In this document: piece by piece, positions 17,714 through 28,446 of the stretch | Numbering within the stretch: position 1 is the stretch's first letter | How the letters are laid out: every line of letters begins with the position of its first letter | Origin: an uncultured bacterium | Lineage (GTDB): Bacteria > Babelota > Babeliae > Babelales > Vermiphilaceae | Assembly (NCBI GenBank): GCA_963695335.1 | Contig: OY968764.1 | Coordinates: 736,001-800,000, forward strand | DNA length: 64,000 nucleotides | Reading direction: 5' to 3' | Translations under genes and position numbers: made by a program | The notes under the pieces: model-generated | What the model saw: only the letters and a program-made list of their open reading frames with translations | What the model was told of the DNA's origin: nothing | Databases searched by the model: none

Positions 17714-18430
17714 TTATTTTGCAGAAATTTGTTTTAAGAGATTTTTACAAATTCCTTGTTGAGCACAGTATTTTGCGAATGTTTTTATGTGAATAGTATG
17801 TAATTGAAAAGTCTTTATTTGAAAAATTTTATATTGAGACTTTTTCGCGTGAGCAATGATATGAGTTTCTTGTTTATTAAAAGCGATGGTAGGATGTTTA
17901 TCGCACAATGTAAAAGATAATGGGATATCAAAAGATTGGTTTTCATCGAGTACAACATGGGTAACAACTAAAGAATATGTATTGATTACATTTTTTGTGG
18001 ATGGATCAAGAATTGATTCAGGATAAAGTGTTGCAAACCAATTACCCGTACGTGAGATTGCTAAACTTTGGTGTTTTTTACCGATGCAATATTCTTTGTA
18101 TTCTCCATCAGATCGATTCATAATAACGAGTTTTGGCATTATTATTTTGTTGCAAATTATTTCAATGTCAGGTTCTTGGCGCTTCTCCGATGCAATAAAT
18201 AGTGCATTGTCAGAGCTGTACGCTACATATTTGAAAGGGAATTCTTTAGATATGATTCTTGTTTTTAATGCTTGAGTGCGTTCAATAAACTCTTTTTCAG
18301 TTTCATAGTCATGAAATGGTAAATATTGCGCGATATGATTGAAAACAGTTATTGGAAGTTTGATTTTTGCTTCCATGGCATGTAGATGTATGGAGACGAT
18401 GATGAGTATAATGAGTAGATATTTTTTCAT
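17714..18430 (-). CDS. Secreted effector-like protein (F-box-like motif plus partial WD/beta-propeller family)
   Basis: Signal-AME; NHIAQYL.F.DYET..EFIER; IAFNKQ; KTFAKYCAQ.GICKNL shared with paralogs. Confidence 0.75.
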   Translation of the reverse strand: MKKYLLIILIIVSIHLHAMEAKIKLPITVFNHIAQYLPFHDYETEKEFIERTQALKTRIISKEFPFKYVAYSSDNALFIASEKRQEPDIEIICNKIIMPKLVIMNRSDGEYKEYCIGKKHQSLAISRTGNWFATLYPESILDPSTKNVINTYSLVVTHVVLDENQSFDIPLSFTLCDKHPTIAFNKQETHIIAHAKKSQYKIFQIKTFQLHTIHIKTFAKYCAQQGICKNLLKQISAK

Positions 18431-18485
18431 GTAAAATTGTTATTGAGTAGGGCCCCTGACTTTGCAAAAAAGCAAGGGGCTTGTG

Positions 18486-19274
18486 TTATTTTGAATTAAT
18501 TTGCGCTAAGAGATTTTTGCAAATTCCTCGTTGCGCGCAGTATTTTGCGAATGTTTTGAGAAAATTAGTAGTTGGTTTTGGTCTATCAAAATTCTCATCA
18601 TCAAGTCTTAATGGAAAAATTATATATTGACCGTCTTGTGAGTGAACAATGATATCTGTTCCTTGTTTATTGAAGGCAATCGTTGGATGTTCATCGCATA
18701 ATTCAAAGTTTGAGGGGATATTGTAGTAGGAGCCGTTGTTAGATTGGTCGTTTGGGTCTGATGGAAGGTAGGTAACATCTAAGTTAAGTTCTGGATCAAG
18801 ATTATAATCTACGTAAATAGTTGCGACTATATTTCCATCATTTGAGACAGCTAATTTTTGATGGAAGTCACCGATGATATTTTTATACATTTTTTTTTGA
18901 TTGGTTTTTCTATCAACAATACATATTTGTGGACGTGATGGTTCTTCATGTTGAACAAGGTCGTATTTGGGAAAATTTTCTTTTTGTGATGCAGCAACTA
19001 TTATATTATTTGGGCTATATGCAGAATATTTCTTGGAAAAATCAATAAAGCATTCTTCTGGCAATTGTCTTGTTGTTAATGCTCGAGTGCGTTCAATAAA
19101 TTCTTCTTTAAGTTCATAATCATGAAATGGCAAATATTGTGCCATACAGTTAAGAATATCAGTATGGCATGGTTTTAGATAAATAGGTACTATGGCATTT
19201 GTATTGTTTTCGGTTTCCATAGCATGAGCATGTATAGTTATGATGCTGAGCGTGATAATAAGATGTTTCTTCAT
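18486..19274 (-). CDS. Tandem paralog of 17714-18430
   Basis: Same blocks: AQYLPFHDYE, HPTIAFNKQ, KTFAKYCAQRGICKNLL. Confidence 0.75.
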   Translation of the reverse strand: MKKHLIITLSIITIHAHAMETENNTNAIVPIYLKPCHTDILNCMAQYLPFHDYELKEEFIERTRALTTRQLPEECFIDFSKKYSAYSPNNIIVAASQKENFPKYDLVQHEEPSRPQICIVDRKTNQKKMYKNIIGDFHQKLAVSNDGNIVATIYVDYNLDPELNLDVTYLPSDPNDQSNNGSYYNIPSNFELCDEHPTIAFNKQGTDIIVHSQDGQYIIFPLRLDDENFDRPKPTTNFLKTFAKYCAQRGICKNLLAQINSK

Positions 19275-19289
19275 GGAATTCCTTTTTTT

Positions 19290-19331
19290 GAGCGCTCGAA
19301 GATACCCTTCAACAGGTTCAGGGCGAGCGCG
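19290..19331. repeat. Family A REP-like palindrome
   Basis: GAGCGCTCGAAGATACCCTTCAACAGGTTCAGGGCGAGCGCG. Confidence 0.8.
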
Positions 19332-19475
19332 AATAAGAATTAATTTAGGGATGAATTAGGTGTTGAGCGTAATTTTAGTACATGTATGATAAAAAGTCAC
19401 ACATTTCCTTTTGCTTGTTGCAATCTTTGGTACACTAAAATAAGAGACAAGATTTTAACTTTGTGAACAATAATT

Positions 19476-21209
19476 ATGAATACTCAGATCATTTCCGGTC
19501 AAAAATATATTTGGAAGATTCCAACCGTTGATCAGCAACAGGTTGCAGCGATTGCAGCAAAGTATAATTTATCATTTGCGGTAGCGCATATTCTGCATAC
19601 TCGTGGATTTAATGACCCGCAAAGCATTGAATCTTTTTTATTTAGTAGATTTGAAGACAGTGTGGCAGATCCGCGGTTACTGAAAGATGCGGAAAAAGCA
19701 GTTGATAGAATTTTACTTGCGATGGAAAAACAAGAGCAGATGCTCGTGTTTGGAGACTATGATGTGGATGGTATTACGTCATCTTCATTAATGATGATCT
19801 GTTTGTTGCCACTTGGTGCAAAGATTAACTATTTTTTACCCAATCGTGTTAAAGATGGATATGGGTTATCAACTAAAATAGTTGAGCGTGCTGCAGAAAA
19901 TAAGTATGCAGTGATTATCACTGTTGATAATGGAATCACCGCAATTGAACAAGCAGACCGTGCAAAAGAGTTGGGAATTGATCTTATTATCACTGATCAC
20001 CACAGACCGCATGCGCATGTTCCTGATGCATATGCAATTGTGAATCCTAATCAAGTTGATTGCGCGTACCCGTATAAAACGTTGGCGGGTGTTGGTGTAA
20101 CGTTTAAACTTCTTTCTTTATTGTATGAAAAAAAGGGATTGCAATTACCACCCAAAGCGTATGAGCTTTTATTATTGGGAACAGTTGCCGATGTGGTGCC
20201 TTTGATTGGTGAAAATAGATTTTGGGTGCGTCATGGGCTTAATTATATTAATAAGATTGAGAGTTTATCATTTAAGTTATTAAAAGCGAATGGTAAAGTC
20301 ACCAAGCCAAAACTTTCTTCGACTGATATTGGTTTTTCTATTACTCCACAAATTAATGCGCTTGGCAGATTAGAAGATCCACGCCAGGCGGTTAAATTTT
20401 TGATTGGTACTGATAAAAGCAATGCGGAAACTGTTGCACGTGTATTATTGGAGATGAATGAGGCACGTAAAGCAATAGAAAAATCGATTGTAGAAGAGAT
20501 AGAAGAGCAGATCAGATTAAAACATATTGATCTTGAAAAAGAGAATGTGATTATTGCTGCAAGTAAAAATTGGCCTGCAGGAGTTATTGGTCTTGTTGCA
20601 TCACGGTTTGTTTCTGCGTATGGTAAACCAACATTGTTGTTCCATTTAACCAAAGATGGCCTTGCAAAAGGTTCATGCAGATCAATTCAAGAATTTAATA
20701 TGTTTGATGCATTGACTGCATCATCAGATTTATTATTGCAATTTGGTGGGCATTCAGTTGCTGCGGGTTTATCATTAAAAATTGAAAATTTACCAATATT
20801 AAAGCAAAGATTAGAAACGTTGGTTGCACAGCAATTAACGCCATTTGATTTACAGCCTAAAATAAAAGTTGATGCGCACGTAGAACTTTCTGAATTAACT
20901 AAAAAATTTATTGATGATCTTGAGCATCTTGAGCCGTTTGGTAACAGCAATGATCAACCTATTTTTTACGTTAATAATGTGGTACAAGTGCAAAAACCAC
21001 AACTGCTTAAAGATGCACATGTAAAATGTTTTATGTTTGCTGATGGGGTAATTAAGCCAGTCATTTTTTTTAATCGCCCTGAGTTATTTGCATTATTAAA
21101 TGAACAGTATGAGCAACCATTTATTTTGGCTGCGCGTGTGACGGAAAATCATTGGCAGGATCGTGTGAATATTGAGTTAATTGGTGTTGATATAGCAGTG
21201 AAGGTGTAA
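19476..21209 (+). CDS. recJ: ssDNA-specific exonuclease RecJ
   Basis: GDYDVDG, TVDNG, TDHH, GTVAD and FGGH motifs. Confidence 0.97.
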   Translation: MNTQIISGQKYIWKIPTVDQQQVAAIAAKYNLSFAVAHILHTRGFNDPQSIESFLFSRFEDSVADPRLLKDAEKAVDRILLAMEKQEQMLVFGDYDVDGITSSSLMMICLLPLGAKINYFLPNRVKDGYGLSTKIVERAAENKYAVIITVDNGITAIEQADRAKELGIDLIITDHHRPHAHVPDAYAIVNPNQVDCAYPYKTLAGVGVTFKLLSLLYEKKGLQLPPKAYELLLLGTVADVVPLIGENRFWVRHGLNYINKIESLSFKLLKANGKVTKPKLSSTDIGFSITPQINALGRLEDPRQAVKFLIGTDKSNAETVARVLLEMNEARKAIEKSIVEEIEEQIRLKHIDLEKENVIIAASKNWPAGVIGLVASRFVSAYGKPTLLFHLTKDGLAKGSCRSIQEFNMFDALTASSDLLLQFGGHSVAAGLSLKIENLPILKQRLETLVAQQLTPFDLQPKIKVDAHVELSELTKKFIDDLEHLEPFGNSNDQPIFYVNNVVQVQKPQLLKDAHVKCFMFADGVIKPVIFFNRPELFALLNEQYEQPFILAARVTENHWQDRVNIELIGVDIAVKV

Positions 21210-21211
21210 TA

Positions 21212-21898
21212 ATGATTATAACCATCGATGGGCCTGTGGCGAGCGGGAAATCAACGATCAGTCGAATTTTAGCCGATAAGTTAGAATATTATTATGTGTG
21301 CTCAGGTCTTATATACCGCGCAATTGCATATGTATTGGTTAATCATTATGGATATACGCCAGAAACATTAGCATCAGTGTCCGTGGAAGATGTTATGAAA
21401 TGCGCAGATCCAAAACGTTTACAATATAGTTATGATGGACTTTCGCAAGAGCGTATTTTTTTTGATCATGAAGATATCACCAGTTATTTAAAAGATAAGT
21501 TTGTTGATAATATTACATCGCTCGTGAGTGTGAATAAAGATGTGCGGAAAGCGGTAACAGCTTTGCAACGTGATATTGCAGATAATCATAACGTTATTGT
21601 GGATGGGCGTGATGTTGGATCAGTGGTGTTTCCCAATGCGCAACTGAAGTTTTTTGTAACAGCATCCGTTGCAGTGCGTGCAGAACGTTGGCGCAAAGAT
21701 CAAGAACGGTACAATAATTATGTTTCACATGAGCAAGCAGTTAAACTCATAACAGAACGGGACGAACGTGATAAAAATCGCGTTATCGCCCCGTTGATTG
21801 TTCCTGAAAATGCAATTGTTATTGATACCTCAGATTTAACTATCGATCAAACAATTGAAAAAATGATAAAATATATTAACCACGACGCATCATTCTAG
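21212..21898 (+). CDS. cmk: Cytidylate kinase
   Basis: IDGPVASGKST, GLIYR, DGRDVGSVVFP and ERDERD motifs. Confidence 0.95.
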   Translation: MIITIDGPVASGKSTISRILADKLEYYYVCSGLIYRAIAYVLVNHYGYTPETLASVSVEDVMKCADPKRLQYSYDGLSQERIFFDHEDITSYLKDKFVDNITSLVSVNKDVRKAVTALQRDIADNHNVIVDGRDVGSVVFPNAQLKFFVTASVAVRAERWRKDQERYNNYVSHEQAVKLITERDERDKNRVIAPLIVPENAIVIDTSDLTIDQTIEKMIKYINHDASF

Positions 21899-22007
21899 CT
21901 TTAGTTGCTTTTTCCAGTTGTTTTTCTGATTTGCTTTTTTTTCGACAAGCGGGAAATACCAGTACAAGACTTAAAAAACAGAATATGATTATTACATTTT
22001 TCTTCAT
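21876..22007 (-). CDS. 43-aa putative lipoprotein (below ORF-track cutoff)
   Basis: Hand translation MKKNVIIIFCFLSLVLVFPA-CRKKSKSEKQLEKATKARMMRRG; AGGGG RBS. Confidence 0.6.
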   Translation of the reverse strand: MKKNVIIIFCFLSLVLVFPACRKKSKSEKQLEKATKARMMRRG

Positions 22008-22123
22008 GTTTTTATCCCCTCTTTTTTTATATATCCCTATGTGTAGTCTAAAGAATGATGTGTGATATTTGCAATGCTTATGTGGTAAATGACCAAGATG
22101 TGTTAATATTATTTGGTTTTATC

Positions 22124-22268
22124 CCGCTCGCCCTGAGTGTTCTGCGCAGCAGAATGTATCGAAGGGTGCGGAAACACAAAAAGCAATAAAAGAAAGATTC
22201 TAATTAATTTTGCACCCTTCGATACATTTTACTACGCTGACGCTACGTAAAACACTCAGGGCGAGCGG
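22124..22268. repeat. About 145-bp composite inverted repeat (REPIN/BIME-like); second copy at 53709-53857
   Basis: CCGCTCGCCCTGAGTGTT...TGTATCGAAGGGTGC-spacer-GCACCCTTCGATACA...AACACTCAGGGCGAGCGG. Confidence 0.85.
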
Positions 22269-22351
22269 TGGGAATGCCGTAAAAAAGCCGCCTTTTTAGG
22301 GCGGCTTTGCAAATTCAATCCTTCGACGGGCTCAGGATGAGCGCGAAGGAC

Positions 22352-22564
22352 TTAGAACTTGACGATTGATTTTTGTTCGTCAGTTGCTTCTTCCATTTCA
22401 AAAACTTCATTTTCCAATTCAATCATCGTGTTGATATCCCTATCCTTCGAAGCCTTGGTGTAGTAGGAGTCTCTAGATTGAGCTTTTTGTTTATTTTTTG
22501 TGCATGCGGGAGCGAATGTAAGTACTGTAACGCAAAGTATTGAAGCTAAATATTTGTTGTTCAT
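22352..22564 (-). CDS. Small putative lipoprotein
   Basis: MNNKYLASILCVTVLTFAPA-C lipobox-like leader; flanked by family A repeats at 22319-22345 and 22613-22652. Confidence 0.65.
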   Translation of the reverse strand: MNNKYLASILCVTVLTFAPACTKNKQKAQSRDSYYTKASKDRDINTMIELENEVFEMEEATDEQKSIVKF

Positions 22565-22638
22565 TGTGAACTCCGTTTTAGTAATGATTATGTTGATTTT
22601 ACTTTTTTTCGTGCGCTCGAAGATATCCTTCGACAGGC

Positions 22639-25147
22639 TCAGGACGAGCGGGTCGGAGTTTTTGTTTTCTTCGTTGTTTTTTTCTTTTTCATAGGTCTTT
22701 TGCCATCGCTACCTTTTTCACGAGTAGCCGCCTTTTTTCCATTTTCACTGGAATTTTTGCGAGCAGGTTCGAAAGGGTTTTTAACAAAGGCGAGCTTAAG
22801 CACTTCATCCATGTTGCTGACAAAATGAATCGTAAAGTCATCAAGAGACATCTCTTTTTTGATGTCTTGAACGTCATCAGCATTTTCTTGCGGTATAATA
22901 ACAGTCATGCAGCCATGTTGTTTTGCAGCAAGAAGTTTTTCTTTTAATCCACCAATAGCAAGCGTTCGCCCTTGAAGGGTTATTTCACCCGTCATTGCAA
23001 GATTAGGTTTTGTTGGATTATTGGTTAACACGGAAACTAATGCTGTGCAAATGGTGATACCAGCAGAAGGGCCATCTTTTGGTGTTGCGCCTTCTGGAAT
23101 ATGTAAATGAATGTCATTTGCTGAATAAAAGTTTGGTTTGAGTCCCAAATCTTTTGCGCGCGATCTGATATAACTCATAGCGGCTTGGGCTGATTCTTGC
23201 ATCACGTCACCAAGCTGACCAGTAAGCGTGAGCCCACCTTTACCAGTGAGAACTGATGTTTCAATTTCTAAAACATCACCACCAATTTCTGTCCATGCCA
23301 AACCGGTTGCGAGACCAATACGTTCTTCTTTTTGGCTCATACTTGTTTTTTTGTGTGTAGAGTTTCCAAGCCATTCAAGCACAACTGGTTTAGTTATAGT
23401 GTATGATTTAAGCTTTTCATTCTTGAGAACAAGCTGAATTGTTTTACGCATCAGTTTTGCGATAATACGTTCAAGTTGACGCACGCCAGCTTCTTTGGTG
23501 TATTCATCGATAATACTTAAAAGAAGTTCATCAGAAATAGTGAACTGTTTTTTTGTAAGGTTATACTCTTTTAAGTTCTTTGGAATAAGAAATTCTTTTG
23601 CAATGGCCAGTTTTTCTTGATCTGAATAACCAGAAAGATACACAATTTCAAGACGATCATAGAGTGCGTAAGGAATTTGATCCATCATATTTGCTGTTGC
23701 AATGAACATAACTTGCGATAGATCATATCCTGTATCAAGGAAGTGATCGATAAAATTTTTGTTTTGTTCTGGATCAAGAACTTCAAGCAATGCCGCTGCA
23801 GGGTCGCCATGCATATCGCGTGACATTTTATCAATTTCATCAAGCAAGATTACGGGGTTGAGTACGTTTGCTTTTTTCATTGCTTGAATAATTTTTCCTG
23901 GAAGTGCACCAATATAGGTACGTCTGTGTCCACGGATTTCTGCTTCATCACGCACACCACCAAGTGATATGCGAATAAATTCGCGCCCCATACTTTCAGC
24001 AATTGATTTTGCTAAAGATGTTTTACCCACACCTGGAGGGCCAACAAGGCAGATAACAGGTGAGCGGTGCAAATTTTTGGAGAATTTTTTTGCAGCAATG
24101 AACTCAACAATTCGTATCTTTTGCTTTTTTAAGCCCAGCATGATTTTTATCTAAAATAGTTTCCGCTTGCGTAATGTTAATCGTATCTGTGCTGACGTTT
24201 TGCCATGGCAATGATATAATCCAATCAATGTAATTTCTTGCCACAGCGGCTTCTGATGACATTGGAGGCATTTGCTCAAGGCGTTTCAGTTCGCTTTCAA
24301 CTTTCTGTTTTGCTTCTTTAGAAAGCCCGAGATTTTTAATTTTTTGACGAATAGCGGTAATTTCTTCTGATTGGTCTTCGCGCCCAAGCTCTTTTTGAAT
24401 CGCTTTCATCTGTTCGTGGAGGTAGTATTCACGTTGATTTTTATCAACTTGTGTTTGAATTTGCCCACGAATGCGCTGCTCTGTTTGGAGAATGTCGATC
24501 TCTTTTTCTAAGAAAGAGCACAATTTAAGTAATCTACGCTTAAGATCAGGTAGCTCAAGAATAGTCTGTCTATCTTCGAGTGTTAAACTATCAATATGAA
24601 CAACAATGGTATCAGCCATGTAATCCATATCCTGAACTGTTTTTACGCCACCAATCAGGTCAGATGGTACTTTATCATTGAAAGATGAATACGTGGTATA
24701 TAACTGTACTGTTTCACGCCAGGTTGCTTCCAATTCAATGGTAAGATTACTATCCGGAGTTGGAATATCTTCGTATACTGCTTGGATAAAGCCATCTTCA
24801 TGCTCTACAAACTGGGTTACTTTTGCTCTACAAAGGCCTTCAGCAAGTATTTTGAGTGGTCCATTGGGCATACGCATAACCTGTAATATGGTTGAGCGTG
24901 TACCATAGGTAAAGACATCATCTTTGGTTGGGTTTTCTGTAGCAGCATTTCTTTGGGCAGAAATAAAGAGCATGCGATCTGTTTTAAGCGCATGTTCTAC
25001 CGCTTTTATTGATATATCACGTCCAACAATTACCGGAATAATGCTTTTTGGGAGCATAGCTACATTTTTAAGAGGTAGAAGAGGGAGAGAGCCTATATTA
25101 AGCTCTGGTAGCTGATGTTGTATTTTTTTGATTCTTTGTTTTTGCAT
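22639..25147 (-). pseudogene. lon: Lon protease split by a single extra base (about 24115); pseudogene or assembly error
   Basis: N-terminal Lon domain in 24104-25147; GPPGVGKT and PKDGPSAG in 22639-24141; removing one A restores GLKKAKD-RIVEF. Confidence 0.9.
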
Positions 25148-25437
25148 AGTACTTCCAGTTTTTCTTTATATTAAGGTAAAACTACTCTTTTTTAGAGTAA
25201 ATTATTGCCATTTTTTGTCAATCAAAAATAATTTTTCTAATTGTAAATGCTGTTCTTGGCTGTGTGGGAGATGGGGTTGTTGGAGGCGGGGTTTTTGCGA
25301 TAAGAGCCCTTTAAAAACTGTTTTTTATTGAATTTAGTAATATAATTTTTACAAATCATTAATCCTCTGCTAAATTTATGGTGTAAAGTCGGTCTTTATG
25401 GTAAATAATATTAATTTTATTCGGAAGGATTGCTCTG

Positions 25438-26796
25438 ATGTTGAAACGTCTGGCTACAACGCTTTGGGGAAATTTTGAAAGCAGAGAAGAGCTGCAGAAG
25501 TTTGGAATTCTGGCGCTGATTTTCTGTGGTATTATCGGTATCTACTGGGCATTACGCCCAATGAAAGATAGTATTTTTAATGCTATGATCGGTATGGAAT
25601 GGCAACCTTGGGCGAAAGTGCTTTCATTAGTAGTTATTTTTCCTATAGTAATTCTTTATAGTAAACTTGTTGATACGTTCCCGCGTCACAAGGTTTTTTA
25701 CTTCTTAACAGCTCTTTATGGCGTAATCGCATTGATTATGTTTTTCTGTTTTTCTGATGCTTCACTTGGTCTAGCAAATACCGTTAAAAGTCCGACACGT
25801 ATTCTTGGATGGGCATGGTATGTTTGGGTTGAAAGTTTTGGTTCATTAATGGTTGCTCTTTTCTGGGCTATTGTTACTGACATCACCTCTCCTGAATCAG
25901 CAAAAAGAGGATTCCCTCTTGTAGCATTATTTGGACAAGTAGGTAATATGATTGGACCAAAATTCCTTAATGCAAAAGCATTAGGCTTTTCTAACAGCGC
26001 ACCAGTTGTTGGTATTGTTTCTGGTCTTCTTTTCTTGGTTGGGATTCTATTCTGGGTGTTTATGAAAGTAACTCCAGCATCACAACTTAAAGGTTATCAT
26101 GCAGCGGGTGAATCTGAAGTAGAAGGTGAACCAGGGTTTTTTGAGGGGCTAAAACTTCTCGTTACTCAAGGTTATTTACTTGGCATTTTCCTTATCATTA
26201 CTATTTTTGAAGTAATCGTAACAGTTCTTGATTTCCACTTTAAAATGAGTGTTTCTACAGTATTCACCAGTGAAGCTGAAGTTGGAGCTTACTTAGCATC
26301 TTACGCAACAATGACTGGTGTTGTTTCAACATTATGTGTGTTGTTTGGCATTAATAGCATTCAACGTATTTTGGGTATGAGAGCTTCATTGTTAATGCTT
26401 CCTGTACTAACTATATCAGCAGTTCTTTTGATTTACTTTAATCCACAATCATTGTTGATTGGTTTCTGGATTATGGTGTTCTCAAAAGCAGTAAATTATG
26501 CATTGAACCAGCCAACATTAAAACAGCTTTATATTCCAACTTCAAAAGATACTCGCTATAAAGCACAAGCATGGATTGAAATGTTTGGTGGCCGTTTTTC
26601 AAAAGGCAGCGGATCATATATCAATACATTCCGTGCACCGTTGGTTGCTCAACATGGCGCGCTTGATGGTGTTACAAAGTTCTTGTTTGTTAGCTCAGCA
26701 ATATCGTTTGGTTTAGTTGGCGTTTGGTTGTTAGTTGCGATTTATGTTGCTGCAACATATGACAAAGCAATTAAAGAAAAACGTATTGTGTGTTAA
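25438..26796 (+). CDS. NTT/TLC-family nucleotide (ATP/ADP) transporter
   Basis: LRPMKDS, SLMVALFW, AKRGFP, NYALNQP..LYIP and KAQAWIEMFGGRFSK motifs; multi-TM. Confidence 0.92.
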   Translation: MLKRLATTLWGNFESREELQKFGILALIFCGIIGIYWALRPMKDSIFNAMIGMEWQPWAKVLSLVVIFPIVILYSKLVDTFPRHKVFYFLTALYGVIALIMFFCFSDASLGLANTVKSPTRILGWAWYVWVESFGSLMVALFWAIVTDITSPESAKRGFPLVALFGQVGNMIGPKFLNAKALGFSNSAPVVGIVSGLLFLVGILFWVFMKVTPASQLKGYHAAGESEVEGEPGFFEGLKLLVTQGYLLGIFLIITIFEVIVTVLDFHFKMSVSTVFTSEAEVGAYLASYATMTGVVSTLCVLFGINSIQRILGMRASLLMLPVLTISAVLLIYFNPQSLLIGFWIMVFSKAVNYALNQPTLKQLYIPTSKDTRYKAQAWIEMFGGRFSKGSGSYINTFRAPLVAQHGALDGVTKFLFVSSAISFGLVGVWLLVAIYVAATYDKAIKEKRIVC

Positions 26797-26905
26797 TAAG
26801 GTTCATTATTGAGTAAATAATAAAAAGCGTCTTCTAAAAAAAGTAATTAGAAGACGCTTTTTGGTTCAAAACAACGTAAGATTCAGCAGAAAGGCTTTGG
26901 TTAGG

Positions 26906-28300
26906 ATGGTATCTAAAGTGACACAAATGGTGCGTGGGCTGTTTGATATTGAACCACAAGAGAGAATGAAACTCTTCTTTTTATCACTTCTTTATTTTCT
27001 TGTTGTAGGAGCATATACCGTAACTCGTGATTTGAAGAGCTCGATTTTCTTGGGTACTGTGGGGAAAGAGTATATACCGTGGGTAAAAGTTATTTCTATG
27101 TTGATGCTTGTTCCTGCAATTTTTTTCTATTCTCGTCTTGTTGATAAAATCAAGCGTTATCAGTTGTTGATTTTTTATAGTGTTTTGTTCGGTGTAGCTA
27201 ATTTAATTTTTGCATATTATATAGGGCATCCAACGATTGGAATTTTGAATACTGATGCACAGCCAACTCGTTTATTTGGTTGGTTTTTTTATTTCTTTGT
27301 TGAAGGATATTCGCCATTTGTGGTGAGTGTTTTTTGGGCATTAGCTAACTCTGTTAATAGTCCAGCTGAAGCAAAGAAAAATTATGGTTATATGGTAGCA
27401 GGTTCAAAGTTTGGGGGTATGGTTGCAGCAGCATTAGCCTGGTATATTTTTGGGTTAAGCGCTGAGTTGGTTAAACCATGTCTAACTCATGTTGAAGCGC
27501 ATCAGTTAATTTTAGTTATTTCTTCGCTCTTTTTGTCATTAGTTCCAATGGCTACTGTACTTTTTATAAAAAAAGTACCAGCACATTTGATGCATGGGTA
27601 TGAAGCAGCTTATAAGCTTGAAACGCAGAAAAAAGCTAAGCAAGCCAAGCCAAGTATGTTTGCTGGCCTTGAGATGTTTGTTAAATATCCCTATGTGCTT
27701 GGTATTTTTGGAATGGTATTTTTTTATGAAGTTGTTTCAACGGTACTTGGATATTTACGTTTAGGGGTTGCAGAGGCTGGTGCAGGGTCTATTTCGGATG
27801 TTTCTCGGGTGTTATTTGAAATAGCGTTTAAAGCACACTTTGTTGGATTTGTTATTTCTCTTATTGGTACTCAGGCATTGCTTGCTCGCCTTGGAACGCG
27901 CATCTGTTTGATGTTGATTCCGTTGTCTATGGGAGCGATTCTTTTTTATCTTATTTTTGAAACTTCCCCTGAGTCGCTCCGAAACGCCTTTGTTGTGTTT
28001 ACAGCGTTGAATTATGCATTTCTTGCTCCTGTTAGAGAAAGTTTGTATTTACCAACTATTAAAGAGATTAAGTTCAAGTCTAAGTCGTGGATTGATGCGT
28101 TTGGTAGTAAATTTGCCAAGACAGCTGGTTCTATGTTTAATGTATTTGCTTCAACAATGGGTGAAACATTTATGTTGCCTGTGCATTCTTTCTTTTTTGC
28201 AGTGATAATTGGTTTGTGGTTTGGGGTAACTTTTTTATTAGGACGTCGTTTTGAACAGGTAATCGCTAAAAATGAGGTTATTGGGGCAGAGGAAGAATAA
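26906..28300 (+). CDS. Second NTT/TLC-family nucleotide transporter
   Basis: TRDLKSS, VSVFW, EAKKNYG, NYAF..P.RESLYLP and KSKSWIDAFGSK motifs. Confidence 0.9.
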   Translation: MVSKVTQMVRGLFDIEPQERMKLFFLSLLYFLVVGAYTVTRDLKSSIFLGTVGKEYIPWVKVISMLMLVPAIFFYSRLVDKIKRYQLLIFYSVLFGVANLIFAYYIGHPTIGILNTDAQPTRLFGWFFYFFVEGYSPFVVSVFWALANSVNSPAEAKKNYGYMVAGSKFGGMVAAALAWYIFGLSAELVKPCLTHVEAHQLILVISSLFLSLVPMATVLFIKKVPAHLMHGYEAAYKLETQKKAKQAKPSMFAGLEMFVKYPYVLGIFGMVFFYEVVSTVLGYLRLGVAEAGAGSISDVSRVLFEIAFKAHFVGFVISLIGTQALLARLGTRICLMLIPLSMGAILFYLIFETSPESLRNAFVVFTALNYAFLAPVRESLYLPTIKEIKFKSKSWIDAFGSKFAKTAGSMFNVFASTMGETFMLPVHSFFFAVIIGLWFGVTFLLGRRFEQVIAKNEVIGAEEE

Positions 28301-28446
28301 AAAAAATTGCAGTTTTTTTAACCCCATTTCCATTGTATTTCAATGGGGACCCCGGTTAGGAAAAGAAAAAATATAGTATGCATTGCAATTTTCTAGAGTT
28401 TTGTTACACTTTTTATGAATGAAATAAAAGTATAAAGGATGTTTGG

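Noticed and set aside
24115..24135. Programmed frameshift in lon at CTT AAA AAA G
   Set aside because: A +1 shift there gives KKQKIRI, which fits the conserved K(D/E)RI motif worse than a simple one-base insertion; no stimulatory element seen.
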